Origin: Bdellovibrionota bacterium
Lineage (GTDB): Bacteria; Bdellovibrionota_C; UBA2361; OMII01
Direction: 5' to 3'
DNA length: 64,000 nt
Assembly (NCBI GenBank): GCA_044345405.1
Contig: JBIJBE010000001.1
Span: 104,165 to 168,164 of the forward strand
Notes under the pieces: generated by a model
Told to the model about the DNA's origin: nothing
Seen by the model: only the letters and a program-made list of their open reading frames with translations
The model's database searches: none
In this document: positions 9,743-20,117 of the stretch, piece after piece
How the letters are laid out: each line of letters begins with the position of its first letter
Position numbering within the stretch: position 1 is the stretch's first letter
Made by a program: the position numbers and the translations under genes

Positions 9743-9771
9743 GGCGAGCAGGAATGCTCGCCCTCCCGTCG
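9743..9771. repeat. REP-like element variant (ggcgagcaggaatgctcgccctccc)
   Basis: Internal palindrome ggcgagc/gctcgcc followed by ctccc. It lies just downstream of the metallophosphoesterase gene end. Confidence 0.5.
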
Positions 9772-9790
9772 TGCCAATCGTAACGGGGGA

Positions 9791-10705
9791 TTACCCCAAC
9801 TCAATCACCGTAATCTCCGGCGGACAGTTAACCCGTATCGGCAGCCCGACGACCCCAAGACCCCGCGAGGTGTACACATACCCCGTATCGATATCGGTGA
9901 GTCCCGACATGAAGCGGGGATCCTGAACGGGGATGACCACCCCCATCAGTCCCGGTACACGAACCTGTCCACCGTGTGTGTGTCCACACAGCGCGAGGTC
10001 GAAAGCGTTTTTCTCCTCTTCAAGGAGCATCGCTACGTAATCCGGGTTGTGACTGAGAAGTATGCGGGTCGACACGGTCGAGCGAGGGGGAGGTTTGATC
10101 GGGAAGCCGGTGAGAAAATCATCGACACCGAGAAGCTCGATCGACGCATCGCCCCGCGCGATATGGTGTGACTCGTTGATCAAGATTCGTAGTGAGGGAT
10201 GCGCGCGAGCGGCCATCATGAACAACTCGATCGAATTCCAATGCTCGTGATTTCCCACGACACCTACAATTCCGTCGGGGAAGGTGTACGTAGCGATGAG
10301 GCCACACACGTCGGAGAACGCCTTGCGCGCCATCTCCTCGCGGGACATGTCCAGATAATCGGTATTTCGTATGCACCCAGTTGTGTCCCACAACGGGTTG
10401 TCGCTCACAAAGATGTAGTCGCCACCAAGAAGGAGGATATCGACCTTTTCACGCTGGAGCGTTTCTATCGCGTCGGTAATCCACGACTGCGGAACCCAGA
10501 GTCCTAGGTGAAGGTCCGTAAGGTAGCCGATACGGTACCCTTTGAAGGCACGAGGAAGGTTCGGAACGGAAAGCTTGAGCCTCTCCAGTACGGGTGTGCC
10601 AGTGTAGCCATCGGAGCGCATGTCGCGTGTAACCGCGGCGACGGCGATACCTGTTCCCGCGAGTGTGGCTGATTGAAGGAGTGCGCGACGAGAGAGCATG
10701 AACAC
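9791..10705 (-). CDS. Tat-secreted metallophosphoesterase (calcineurin-like)
   Basis: Twin-arginine signal MFMLSRRALLQSATLAGTGIAVAA. Metallophosphoesterase motifs GDYIF, GNHEHW, GHTHGG. Confidence 0.8.
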   Translation of the reverse strand: MFMLSRRALLQSATLAGTGIAVAAVTRDMRSDGYTGTPVLERLKLSVPNLPRAFKGYRIGYLTDLHLGLWVPQSWITDAIETLQREKVDILLLGGDYIFVSDNPLWDTTGCIRNTDYLDMSREEMARKAFSDVCGLIATYTFPDGIVGVVGNHEHWNSIELFMMAARAHPSLRILINESHHIARGDASIELLGVDDFLTGFPIKPPPRSTVSTRILLSHNPDYVAMLLEEEKNAFDLALCGHTHGGQVRVPGLMGVVIPVQDPRFMSGLTDIDTGYVYTSRGLGVVGLPIRVNCPPEITVIELG

Positions 10706-10738
10706 TTATACGCCGGAACGGAGCGTCAGGGGAGGGGC

Positions 10739-11290
10739 TTACTCGGTTAACCCTTTGCGGCGTGACCATGCTTGGCGCGCGCGATGGGATCTGACCGCCA
10801 TCGCCCATCCTCCTGAGCGAATCCACGCGTTCATCGCGGAGATGTCGGGGTGTCTGGCTTCAAGGGAACGAAACTCAGCGCCATGCCATTGGCGCTTTCC
10901 ACTTTGAAGGTGAACCCCCTCGCCAATAACGGCGTGACAAAGCTCATGGTAGAGCACGGGTGCTATCCATCGACACGCGGTTGGCTCAAAGAGCTCCTTC
11001 GCCACTACGACCCTTCGGCGCCTGATATTGCAGGAAGCGAGAACCCGCTTCTGCGCGCGGCTACTCCACGCGACGACGTAGGAATCGAGCTCGGGACGAT
11101 CGGGATAGTACTCCGCTCTCAGGTTCGTCCATAGGTTGTGGAGAAACTCGTCGCTCTTTCCCTGGGCAGAGCCCCTCGTTACTCGTGCTTGACGACGACG
11201 CGGGGAACGAACGGCACGTTGTGTTGTCCTCGAAAAGAGAAGCTCGATCTGTCGTATGAGCGTTCGGGCTGTGCGGTTAGATATCGTCAT
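10739..11290 (-). CDS. SprT-like zinc metallopeptidase family protein
   Basis: FLHNLWTNL...RAQKRVLASCN...VLYHELCHAV (HExxH), as in the SprT N-terminal domain. Start trimmed to the Met that avoids a long overlap with the upstream gene. Confidence 0.55.
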   Translation of the reverse strand: MTISNRTARTLIRQIELLFSRTTQRAVRSPRRRQARVTRGSAQGKSDEFLHNLWTNLRAEYYPDRPELDSYVVAWSSRAQKRVLASCNIRRRRVVVAKELFEPTACRWIAPVLYHELCHAVIGEGVHLQSGKRQWHGAEFRSLEARHPDISAMNAWIRSGGWAMAVRSHRARQAWSRRKGLTE

Positions 11291-11831
11291 CTTTGAGGTC
11301 GATAAAAAAGATGCCAGCGAGGAAATCAGCGAACTCATCGACGCATACCCCGCCGTACGCGCCGGCTACAAGAAGGTCGGCTCCGAGGCCAATCTCTCCC
11401 GGGCACACATTTCGGTCCGAAGAGTTTACATACGCCGGGCCAACGCCGAACTCGTTGCTCGATTCTATAAGGAACGGCATCTGTCTTCCGAAGTCTCCAA
11501 CGCGCAGAGACGCTGGTGCCATCTGACGATAGCCAATCTCACCGTACTTGGTGACTCGAACCACCGCCCCGAACGATGGCCCTACACCCACGTCGACTCG
11601 AAACACATCGATAAGGTCCAGCACGCGGTTCGGAAGCCATAACAGTATCTGCGACCAGATCGGACTTCCCTCGCCTTTCTCGATCGGTTCGAGTTTCGAC
11701 CATCCCTCTTTGGGGCTGGTGGGGACGAGGTCATTGTAATTTCCGTCGGTGTATCGATCTTGGGCGACCGAGGGCTGCGCAGAGCACAGGACTACGGCAC
11801 TGAGAAGAAAGGAGTGGAATATGTGTCGCAT
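11277..11831 (-). CDS. Hypothetical secreted protein
   Basis: Signal peptide MRHIFHSFLLSAVVLCSAQPSVAQ. No recognisable domain. Confidence 0.4.
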   Translation of the reverse strand: MRHIFHSFLLSAVVLCSAQPSVAQDRYTDGNYNDLVPTSPKEGWSKLEPIEKGEGSPIWSQILLWLPNRVLDLIDVFRVDVGVGPSFGAVVRVTKYGEIGYRQMAPASLRVGDFGRQMPFLIESSNEFGVGPAYVNSSDRNVCPGEIGLGADLLVAGAYGGVCVDEFADFLAGIFFIDLKDDDI

Positions 11832-11891
11832 GCGAACCTGTATACCACCCGAGGGCATCGGGGTGAACTGGGAATATTGGCTGGGACCCGG

Positions 11892-13181
11892 CTAGGCCAC
11901 CAGCACTCCAATGAGCTCCGCGTGATAGGTCTGCGGGAACATATCGAGCATCTTCACGCTTTCGAGTTTGTAACCCCGTTCAACCAACACCTGCACATCG
12001 CGGGCAAACGTCGGAGGATAGCAGCTTACGTAGACCAGCTTCGTTGATACCGATGGCGAGAGACGCTGACAAACCTCAAGAGCACCGCTTCGAGGGGGAT
12101 CGAGTACGACGGTTGCGTCAGGAGTGTGCGCGTCGATCCACTTCTCACACCCTTGGTGGTGGAAGGTGAGCGCGGCTCCGAGATCGGCGGCGGCGGATCG
12201 TGTTTGTCCGAACTCAACGAGGTGCCGATCGAGCTCCACCGCGGTGACGATGTGACCAGCTTGCGCGAGCGGAATGGAGATATTCCCGGCGCCGGCGTAC
12301 AGGTCGGTCACCCGCTCAGTAGTGACGTGCTGTTTGATGTAGTCGATCATGAGGTCGTTCGCGGCGCGATTGTTCTGCGAGAAGTGCCCAACAGGTGGGG
12401 CATCGAGCGACCGCCCTTCAGCTTTGAAGATCGGTTTATGACGATAGTTTACCTGAACGTTCGGTACCCGTTTGAGGAGCTCTTGAAACGCCACTTTGGG
12501 CGCGAGGGTCGTCATCGCTTTGTCGTTTCGTGGGTGAACCTCAAGAGCGATGAAGATCCCTTCATCGTGATCCTCAATCGTCACCGTCTCACACTCAGGG
12601 GCGCAATGACGGAAGAGTTCGAGGTTCTCCTTGAGGCAGTTGTTGATCGCTTCCGTTGAGATCGGACAGTGATCGATCTCAACGATTGAGCGGGCGTGCT
12701 TTCGATAGAGACCGAACTCGCCCTTCTTATTGATGTGGAACGACATGCGACGTCGATAGGTGAGTCCGGGGAGGTCATCACCAAGCACCTGAACATCTCC
12801 AGGAACCTCGATGCCTCCGTGAACACGAAGAAGATCGGCGACCATCTGCGACTTGAGGCTCCGTTGCTTCGGGAGGTTGATGTGCTGGAGGTCGCATCCA
12901 CCGCACTGACCAAAGGCGGGGCAGGGGGGCGTTATACGCTCGGACGAGGGGTTCGCGACGGAGATAAGCGCCCCGTTGACGAAGCTTTTTTTGTTGAGGG
13001 TGATGTTCGCGATAACGTTCTCGCCAGGAGCGGTATAGGGGATAAACGCCTTCTTGCCCGCGTGCTTCTCTGGAGCTGTGATAGTACCCACGAAGCTCCC
13101 TCCTGAAGCGAGGCTTGAGATGGAAACGGCGATCTCTTCGGGGGCTTTGGTGTCTGAATTCATAGGGGCAGAGGGTACCAT
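11892..13181 (-). CDS. rlmD: 23S rRNA (uracil-C5)-methyltransferase RlmD/RumA family (TRAM + 4Fe-4S + SAM MTase)
   Basis: Cys cluster CPAFGQCGGCDLQH. SAM motif I LYAGAGNISIPLA. DPPRSG catalytic motif near the C-terminus. Confidence 0.8.
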   Translation of the reverse strand: MVPSAPMNSDTKAPEEIAVSISSLASGGSFVGTITAPEKHAGKKAFIPYTAPGENVIANITLNKKSFVNGALISVANPSSERITPPCPAFGQCGGCDLQHINLPKQRSLKSQMVADLLRVHGGIEVPGDVQVLGDDLPGLTYRRRMSFHINKKGEFGLYRKHARSIVEIDHCPISTEAINNCLKENLELFRHCAPECETVTIEDHDEGIFIALEVHPRNDKAMTTLAPKVAFQELLKRVPNVQVNYRHKPIFKAEGRSLDAPPVGHFSQNNRAANDLMIDYIKQHVTTERVTDLYAGAGNISIPLAQAGHIVTAVELDRHLVEFGQTRSAAADLGAALTFHHQGCEKWIDAHTPDATVVLDPPRSGALEVCQRLSPSVSTKLVYVSCYPPTFARDVQVLVERGYKLESVKMLDMFPQTYHAELIGVLVA

Positions 13182-13280
13182 TCCTCAGGATTGGAGGCAA
13201 AATTGGCGCCATGCCTCTATGCTGAGTGCGATTTCACGCAGATACCACCGTGAGAGCTCACGGATGGACGCAGAGCTCGA

Positions 13281-16169
13281 TTAGTTTACCGCGCGCTTCT
13301 GAAAGATTCTGAGATCGTTTCCGTATGCCCCTAGGAATCCGTCCGCGAAGAACTTAGGCATGATAACACCATTTAACGGAGCTCCCTTCTCGTCGAAGAA
13401 GAATTCGGTCGACCCCGTTGTTGGATCGAAGAGTCGTTCCCCTGAACTTGAATACACCTTCGGTGTCCAGTTGCGATCAGAGGACCAGATGTAGATGTTG
13501 CCTCGATCGTCCGCCGACATTCCCATGTTGAACATGAGTGCGCCAACTATCTTGCCTGTGGTTCCCGTGATGATATTTCGATAATAGGTTCCGACCGTCG
13601 TCCCGACGTAGAGGGTGTCTCCGATCCAAACGAGACCGGTGACGGCTTGGTCCTTAACCACCCAGGTCGTGGTTTCAACCTTCTCTCCTTTGGTGATGAA
13701 GATCCTTCCGTCGGCGCACAGCGTGGCGACTCTATCTCCTTGCTGGTCGAAGTCGGTCACTGGACAGCCGAAGTCGTGCAGTTGCTTCTCCGTTGTTCCA
13801 ACTAAGGAGAAAATTTTAGCTCCTGAACGCAACATGAGGAGGGGAGTTCCCGCACGACCTAGTTTGACGAAATCTCCAATTTGAAAGTCCAAGATCTGCT
13901 TCGTCGTGTTCGAGGCGCGGTCGAAGGAAAATATCCCCTTCATAAAGGAAAGAATCGTCTCGTTGCCGTTCCGGGCACTAATTGAGCGTAGGGGATCGAG
14001 GTCTCGTTGAGGAAAGGACTCCCTCGCCTCATAGACAAACGAGGCGGGCTTACCTGAATCACCCAGGTTTTGATTTGCCCACGCGTTAGCGTCTGGGGGC
14101 GAGAATCCCCACAGCAGCTCTCGGATAGGGCTTGCGGCTCCGTCTTTCGTTTTGGCGAACAGTTTCAGCTCCGCCGCCTTGTGTTGCGCGACGATCCGAA
14201 CCGGGTGGAGTCCAGCGCCGAGAAAGGCGAAATGCCTCTTGGCGCTCTGATCAGAGCATGACATCACCTCGATAGTTCTATCGTCGACGATCAGCTGTGG
14301 CCTTACGTTGTCCTCAGAGCAGAAGGAATGCACCACATCCTGAGCTACGCCGAGAAAGCCTCGGGATTCGATCTCATTACCCACCGGGGTCGCAGGAGCC
14401 TCTTTAAGGCTAAAAACATCTGAGACCGGTATGCTGACTCGAAGTGCCCGCGGGGCAAGATTCTCGGGATGTTGATCGTGTGGAGGAGGTACAGGAAGGG
14501 AGTGTACAACGAGGTTGGGGTAGAGCTTTCTGAGGGTGGTATCGATAAGGCGTTGAGAGCCCTCGGAAGGGATGAGGTAGAGCTCCGCACCTTGGGTGCC
14601 CTGAACGGCGCTGGGTTCGAACCAAGGCACGTCGGGATTAAATACATGCAGTTTTCTGACGAACGCGTACTCGGGGAAGCCTTGGTCACACAACGTCCAC
14701 AAACTCTCTCCGAATTCCCGTCTTGGTATCCACACGGAGTGAGTAGAGGTCAGCGCCCGCATCTCGTCCCGCAAATGTGTCGCTGGATTCGCGTAGGGGC
14801 TGAAGAAGGTGTAGGTCGGTCGAACTAGCGACACCATATAGTTGGTAACCGCCTGCTCACCGAGGAGAGCGATAGGGGCAAGGCCGAGAAAGAGCGCTCT
14901 ACCCCCTCCAAAGGCGGCTATCAGCGTCTGACCACTTCTCACGAGACCTTGTCCCGCGAGGCAGTACACGCTGAAGAGGAGACCCGTCATGTACATGTCA
15001 TGCGCCCAGGTAACCATGATCCCAACGAAGAATAAGGTGAAGTTGATAACCAGCAACGCGGATGGGATCGACGACCTAAATCGTCGCACCGCCCCGAAGA
15101 GGCCAACCAGAAACAGAAACGCGACGGGTGCGGTCACGAAGGAGGTTCCGTATTTGCTTGTTGAAGAGGAGAGGGCCCAGAGCAAAAACTCAAGGTTACG
15201 GACCACCTTGTGGAGAAAGACGTTGTCTCCGTAATCGAGTTTCGACTTTATATATCCGGAGGCGCCGAGCTCCGGTATCAATACGTACAGAACCGGTAAG
15301 GCCAGGCACGTGGCGAGAAAGGATGCCGTGAAGAGGGGGCCAAGGTATCGCCGAGCTTGGTCTCGGTGAAACGCCACAAGGTAGACGAGGAATACCGCCC
15401 AGGTGCCGCCCAAGACGTAACATCCCCAGTATGCGTGGAGGCCAAGAATGAATCCGATCGCGGCCACGACCGCTCCGAGGTAGCGATGTGAGCGCTTGAT
15501 CCCCGTTGCCGCGACGATGAGTCCAAAAAGGGTGATACTTTCACAAAACGGGAGGAGGAACTTTTGCATCAGAAATCGCGAGATCCAGATGTGCCATGGC
15601 GATGTGGCCATAAGCCCGATACCGATCCATGCCGCTTTCGAGCCAACGGCGCTCAGTGCGCGAATCGCGAAGAAAGACGTGATAAGTGTGAGGAAGCTCA
15701 CAACGGCTGTGGCGGCCCGGAAGCCCCACTCCCAATCTGAAGAGAGGAGCATGCCGAGCGCACCTATGTACGCATACAACGTATGCATGTACCCGACATA
15801 CGGTGTATACCAGAATCCCTCGGTGAGAAATCGTGCTGAGAGGCTTGTGAAGAGTGGCGTTTCCGCCATATCCGCGCCACTCGGAACGGTATCGAGGTAG
15901 CTGAAGCGGTAGGCGAGCCCAAGAGCAAACGCAAGCACCAAGCCAATTGTAGAGAGCGAGGAGCGGCGCTCTCCCTCAAGGGGAGAGGAAGCGGACCACG
16001 GCCCCCCGAGCAGTATCGCCACCGCGAGAGGGATCGCTACCATCCATAAAGGCTGCTCTGAGAGTTTGGGAAGGATCCAGATGCTAGCGCCGATACCGCC
16101 ACATAATAGCAGTCCGAGGAGTTTCTTAACCATAGTAGTACCTGTCAGAGGAGAACCTCTCTTCCCCAA
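13281..16169 (-). CDS. Large polytopic membrane protein (~14 TM) with a C-terminal soluble beta-propeller-like domain; possibly GT39/ArnT-like glycosyltransferase
   Basis: 962 aa with many hydrophobic helices in the N-terminal 550 aa. The C-terminal repeats (TLYVGTTVGTYY, GNIYIWSSD) resemble NHL/propeller blades. The functional call is weak. Confidence 0.5.
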   Translation of the reverse strand: MGKRGSPLTGTTMVKKLLGLLLCGGIGASIWILPKLSEQPLWMVAIPLAVAILLGGPWSASSPLEGERRSSLSTIGLVLAFALGLAYRFSYLDTVPSGADMAETPLFTSLSARFLTEGFWYTPYVGYMHTLYAYIGALGMLLSSDWEWGFRAATAVVSFLTLITSFFAIRALSAVGSKAAWIGIGLMATSPWHIWISRFLMQKFLLPFCESITLFGLIVAATGIKRSHRYLGAVVAAIGFILGLHAYWGCYVLGGTWAVFLVYLVAFHRDQARRYLGPLFTASFLATCLALPVLYVLIPELGASGYIKSKLDYGDNVFLHKVVRNLEFLLWALSSSTSKYGTSFVTAPVAFLFLVGLFGAVRRFRSSIPSALLVINFTLFFVGIMVTWAHDMYMTGLLFSVYCLAGQGLVRSGQTLIAAFGGGRALFLGLAPIALLGEQAVTNYMVSLVRPTYTFFSPYANPATHLRDEMRALTSTHSVWIPRREFGESLWTLCDQGFPEYAFVRKLHVFNPDVPWFEPSAVQGTQGAELYLIPSEGSQRLIDTTLRKLYPNLVVHSLPVPPPHDQHPENLAPRALRVSIPVSDVFSLKEAPATPVGNEIESRGFLGVAQDVVHSFCSEDNVRPQLIVDDRTIEVMSCSDQSAKRHFAFLGAGLHPVRIVAQHKAAELKLFAKTKDGAASPIRELLWGFSPPDANAWANQNLGDSGKPASFVYEARESFPQRDLDPLRSISARNGNETILSFMKGIFSFDRASNTTKQILDFQIGDFVKLGRAGTPLLMLRSGAKIFSLVGTTEKQLHDFGCPVTDFDQQGDRVATLCADGRIFITKGEKVETTTWVVKDQAVTGLVWIGDTLYVGTTVGTYYRNIITGTTGKIVGALMFNMGMSADDRGNIYIWSSDRNWTPKVYSSSGERLFDPTTGSTEFFFDEKGAPLNGVIMPKFFADGFLGAYGNDLRIFQKRAVN

Positions 16170-16390
16170 ACATACGCAGTAGTGAGGGGAAGGAGAGCCA
16201 CCCTGGCAAGGGGAGGATGTGTCCTTGTGCGCTCGTGCCGATCGGCCCCACGTATCGAGTTTAGTATAAAAGTAAGGCGCGAGCTATCCGCTCTTATCAG
16301 GAGCGGGGCTTGGTAGAACGTTTTTTCGCGCCGGATGTGCCGTGCGGTCCTATCCCGTACTCGCAGCCCTTATGGTCGGGCCCCTGAGCC

Positions 16391-18871
16391 TTACTTTTTC
16401 AGCATAGCGCCGAGATTCGCGAAGGGGTTATTTCCGATACTTTGAGAGTGGCCGCTTCCACCGAAGGAGTGCGACGACTTCGAAGCGCCGTTGCGGGGGC
16501 GGGGTCCGTTCCCTTGACCGTATCCGCCTCGGGTTTCCCCAGGGGATTGCGAGGGCGGTCGGATCTCACCACTTTTCATCGTCAACGCGATCTGTCGCTT
16601 CTCAAGGCTCACCTCAAGCACGCGAACCTGTACCTTATCGCCCGGGTTCACCACCGCGCGAGGGTCCTTCACAAATGAATCGCTGAGTTGTGAGATATGC
16701 ACGAGTCCGTCCTGATGCACACCAATATCAACGAACGCGCCGAAATTGGTAACGTTCGTTACGACGCCGGTACACACCATCCCCGGTTTAAGGTCGGAGA
16801 GCTCGTGAATGTCCTCGCGGTACTTCACGTACTCAAACTCGGAGCGGGGGTCGCGTCCTGGCTTCTCAAGCTCTTGGATGATGTCGTTGAAGGTGAAGTC
16901 ACCGAGTGTCTTTTTTAGTTGCGAATCGCTCTTCAACGCGGCGACCCCTTTTCCGAGAAGGTCGGTGAGTGTTTTTTCGCTCTGTGACGCGAACGCTTCG
17001 AGCGCTTTGTACCGCTCAGGATGTACCCCTGTATTGTCGAGTGGGTTTACGCCGTTCGGAATTCGCAGGAATCCAGCCGCTTGTTCAAAGGCCCGGTCTC
17101 CGAAGTACGGAACCTTCATCAAGTCTTCACGGGAGGTGAAGAGCCCCGAAGTAGCTCGGTACTCGACGATCGATCGCGCTAAGGATGGACCGATACCGGA
17201 AACGTACGCCAAAAGATGTCTCGACGCCGTGTTTACGTTCACACCAACGGTGTTCACGCACGATTCAACCACACGCTCGAGCGCGCTCTTGAGCGCGTAC
17301 TGCGACACGTCGTGCTGGTACTGTCCTACGCCGATGCTCTTCGGATCGACCTTCACAAGCTCCGCGAGCGGGTCCTGAAGACGGCGAGCGATAGAGATAG
17401 CCCCTCGTACCGTGACGTCGAGCTCCGGGAACTCCTCCCGAGCTACCTCGCTCGCGCTGTAGATACTCGCCCCTGATTCACTCACCATAACAACCGGGAT
17501 CTTAAGGTTCATCTTGGTGACGGTGTCCCGCAAGAACTTCTCCGTTTCGCGAGCGGCGGTGCCGTTACCAACCGCGATCGCTTCAACGTTACCCTTCTCA
17601 AGTACCGATTTGAGTTGATTGTAGGACTGCGCCTGTTGCTCTGGAGTGAGGAGGTGGATAACGCCGCTTGCGAGGAATCCACCCGATGAGTTGATAAGCG
17701 CGAGTTTGCATCCCGTTCGGAGTCCAGGGTCAACGCCAAGAACGCACTTGGTCCCAAGTGGCGCCGCGAGGAGCACCTTTCGAACGTTTTCGCTGAACAC
17801 CTCGATCGCCGCGGTGTCGGCGATCTCACGAAGCGATGAATGGATCTCGTTCTCGATAGAGAGAAGCGTGTACACCCGCAGCGCCATCCGCGCCGCCATG
17901 AGGAGCTGCTTCTCGCCGGGAGTTCCCTTCGTTGGACAGGCGTGAGCTTGGTACATCGCTAAGAGCTGTGCCATGAGCGCCTCGTTCTGAGGAGCGCTTC
18001 CGATTGAGAGCGTAAGCTCACCCTCTGCCTCTCCTCGACGAATGGCGAGGTAGCGATGGGTATTCTCTCGCTTCATCAGCGCGGAGATCGGCTCGCTGTA
18101 CTCGAAGTATCGATCAAACTTACTTGGGACCTTCGCCTTCTCGCCCTTGGTCGACCCGAGGTGCGCGTTCGTGAAGAGTTGGTTTCGGACCTCTTGTCGA
18201 AGCTCGGGGACCTCAGAGATCTTTTCGATAAGGATCGACTCAGCTCCCTGGATAGCTGCGGATGTGTCAGCGATACCGAGTTCCGTGTTTACGAACCCTT
18301 GCGCCTTACCATCCAAGGTGTCTTGAGGAGCCCACGGAGTGCCGTGCGCGCAATCCCAGATCCACTGTGCGAGGGGCTCCAGGCCTGCCTCCTTGGCGAT
18401 AGTCGCTTTTGTTTTTCGCTTACGCTTGTACGGAAGGTAGAGGTCCTCAAGCACGAGGAGGTCGAAGGTTCCCTCGATCTGCGCTTGGAGCTCAGGCGTT
18501 AATTTACCTTGGGCCTCGATCTCCGAGAGGATGAACGCTTTGCGCTCAACGATACTCTTCCACCGCGCCACCGCGTCGATGATATTTCCGATAGCGACCT
18601 CATCGAGGTTCCCGGTTTGCTCCTTTCGGTACCGAGCGATGAAGGGAACGGTAGCCTTGTCAGCGGCTAGCCGGATGACGACGAGCGCCGAGCGAAAGGG
18701 GATAGCGGGAAATTGGTCCTGGAACCATCTGGCGAACTGTGTCGGATCCCCGGCTATCATCTCGTCTGAACTGTTGGCCGAAGGCGCGTCTCCCGTGATG
18801 TGTGTTGTGATTCCTGAAGAGTATGAAGTTGCGGGGGCGATAAGGGACTCTGACCGTACAGCGGATGACAT
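16391..18871 (-). CDS. tex: Transcription accessory protein Tex (YqgF/HhH/S1 domains)
   Basis: C-terminal S1 domain GMVCTGVVTNVTNFGAFVDIGVHQDGLVHISQL. Helix-hairpin-helix and YqgF-like regions. Gly-rich tail. Confidence 0.9.
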   Translation of the reverse strand: MSSAVRSESLIAPATSYSSGITTHITGDAPSANSSDEMIAGDPTQFARWFQDQFPAIPFRSALVVIRLAADKATVPFIARYRKEQTGNLDEVAIGNIIDAVARWKSIVERKAFILSEIEAQGKLTPELQAQIEGTFDLLVLEDLYLPYKRKRKTKATIAKEAGLEPLAQWIWDCAHGTPWAPQDTLDGKAQGFVNTELGIADTSAAIQGAESILIEKISEVPELRQEVRNQLFTNAHLGSTKGEKAKVPSKFDRYFEYSEPISALMKRENTHRYLAIRRGEAEGELTLSIGSAPQNEALMAQLLAMYQAHACPTKGTPGEKQLLMAARMALRVYTLLSIENEIHSSLREIADTAAIEVFSENVRKVLLAAPLGTKCVLGVDPGLRTGCKLALINSSGGFLASGVIHLLTPEQQAQSYNQLKSVLEKGNVEAIAVGNGTAARETEKFLRDTVTKMNLKIPVVMVSESGASIYSASEVAREEFPELDVTVRGAISIARRLQDPLAELVKVDPKSIGVGQYQHDVSQYALKSALERVVESCVNTVGVNVNTASRHLLAYVSGIGPSLARSIVEYRATSGLFTSREDLMKVPYFGDRAFEQAAGFLRIPNGVNPLDNTGVHPERYKALEAFASQSEKTLTDLLGKGVAALKSDSQLKKTLGDFTFNDIIQELEKPGRDPRSEFEYVKYREDIHELSDLKPGMVCTGVVTNVTNFGAFVDIGVHQDGLVHISQLSDSFVKDPRAVVNPGDKVQVRVLEVSLEKRQIALTMKSGEIRPPSQSPGETRGGYGQGNGPRPRNGASKSSHSFGGSGHSQSIGNNPFANLGAMLKK

Positions 18872-19700
18872 GAACGAACTAACTCCTGAGGAACAAACTA
18901 GTCGAGCCGCGAACGGGGCGGCCGTTGAGAGAGCGCGATAGTACTTCGGTTGGCGTCACCGCACTAGCAGCGATCTTAGCGATCTCGTGGCTGGATGGTG
19001 TTGGGAGTTCGCGGGTTTACGCGCGGTCTCCCCTCGTAGATCTAGGTGGTTAGGTCTCCCCGTTTGAGTCGTAAATCACCGCGCTACTACTCTGGTACAG
19101 TCCAATAACCAGGGCCAGCGCCCTCCGAAGTAACCCAATTCACCTGTATGGGTATAAGAATAACCCAGGTGCTGATAATAACGCCCGAGTAGCGGCCCCC
19201 ATACATTGAAAATCAAGTGAAATGCGGCGTTGCCGAACTCGACAGATACTCGAGTGCCTTACGCAGCAGGAGCTCGTATGACTTTTATATGGCGTTGCTC
19301 AATCGCGGAATGGGAGGCTTGAAACACCCCGGGGGTCAAGGGACATTAAGACCCCCCCTGCTTCATAAGGAGAAAGCATTTAGCACATTGATTGATGAAA
19401 CTCCGGAATGTCTCTAGAAAGGCCCAGCGAAGTTCATTCCAGGAGGAGTACATGAATACCTTTCTCTCCTTCTTTGCCTCAGACCCGTGCTTACCAGAGG
19501 TGTGACTTTTCTTCGCTCGAAGTTGAGCACCGCTCTGGCGCGTATCGCCCCTGAATTTTGTTATCTCCCGATTCGTCGAGCGCTCGTCTTTTTGTAGAGG
19601 ACCGGCGATAGTTTGTGGCACGTCGGGGACGTGCCTGCCGTGTGGATAGCGCGGAGAAGCGAGAATGTGTATGCATTCTTCTCGCTTCTCCTTCAAACCT

Positions 19701-20117
19701 TTACCGCAGAGGTATGTTGAATACGCGGGCACTGCTCCCCATAATGGATTGAAATGTTCTTTGCGCTTCGACGTTTTCCATTGGTTTTACTTGGTTTCCA
19801 GTTTCGGCGCCGGAAAAATGCGACCATGCCGTTACAAGTGTTCCTTGGCCGTCAATAAAAAAGAGGTCCCTTTGGCTCCAATAGCTTCCATCTTGATAAG
19901 CCTTAACGATGAAAGCGACCTGATGGTCTTTTGCTATATCTTTCAGAGTCTCCGGAGTTAAAAAAAACGATCCTGCGCCTATAGTTGGGTCGACTATTGA
20001 AACTTTATGTCGTCCTAGTTGGATCGGTTCGGATTGCTGTGCTAGCGCCGTAATAATGGCTTGGACTTTATCGGCTGCGATAGTTTGGGATTGATGTGGG
20101 CTCCGTATACTAGACAA
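19701..20117 (-). pseudogene. Low-GC ORF with N6-adenine DNA methyltransferase motif I (DPTIGAGSFF) but no NPPY motif; possible MTase remnant
   Basis: Motif VSIVDPTIGAGSFFLT resembles DPACGSGxFL. The ORF is 138 aa and stops before any catalytic motif. AT3-rich codon use differs from the window average. Confidence 0.25.

Noticed and set aside
16170-16390. Possible terminator hairpin ccgctc ttatcagg agcgg downstream of tex
   Set aside because: The stem is short (5-6 bp) and no U-tract follows on the tex strand, so it was not reported as a feature.
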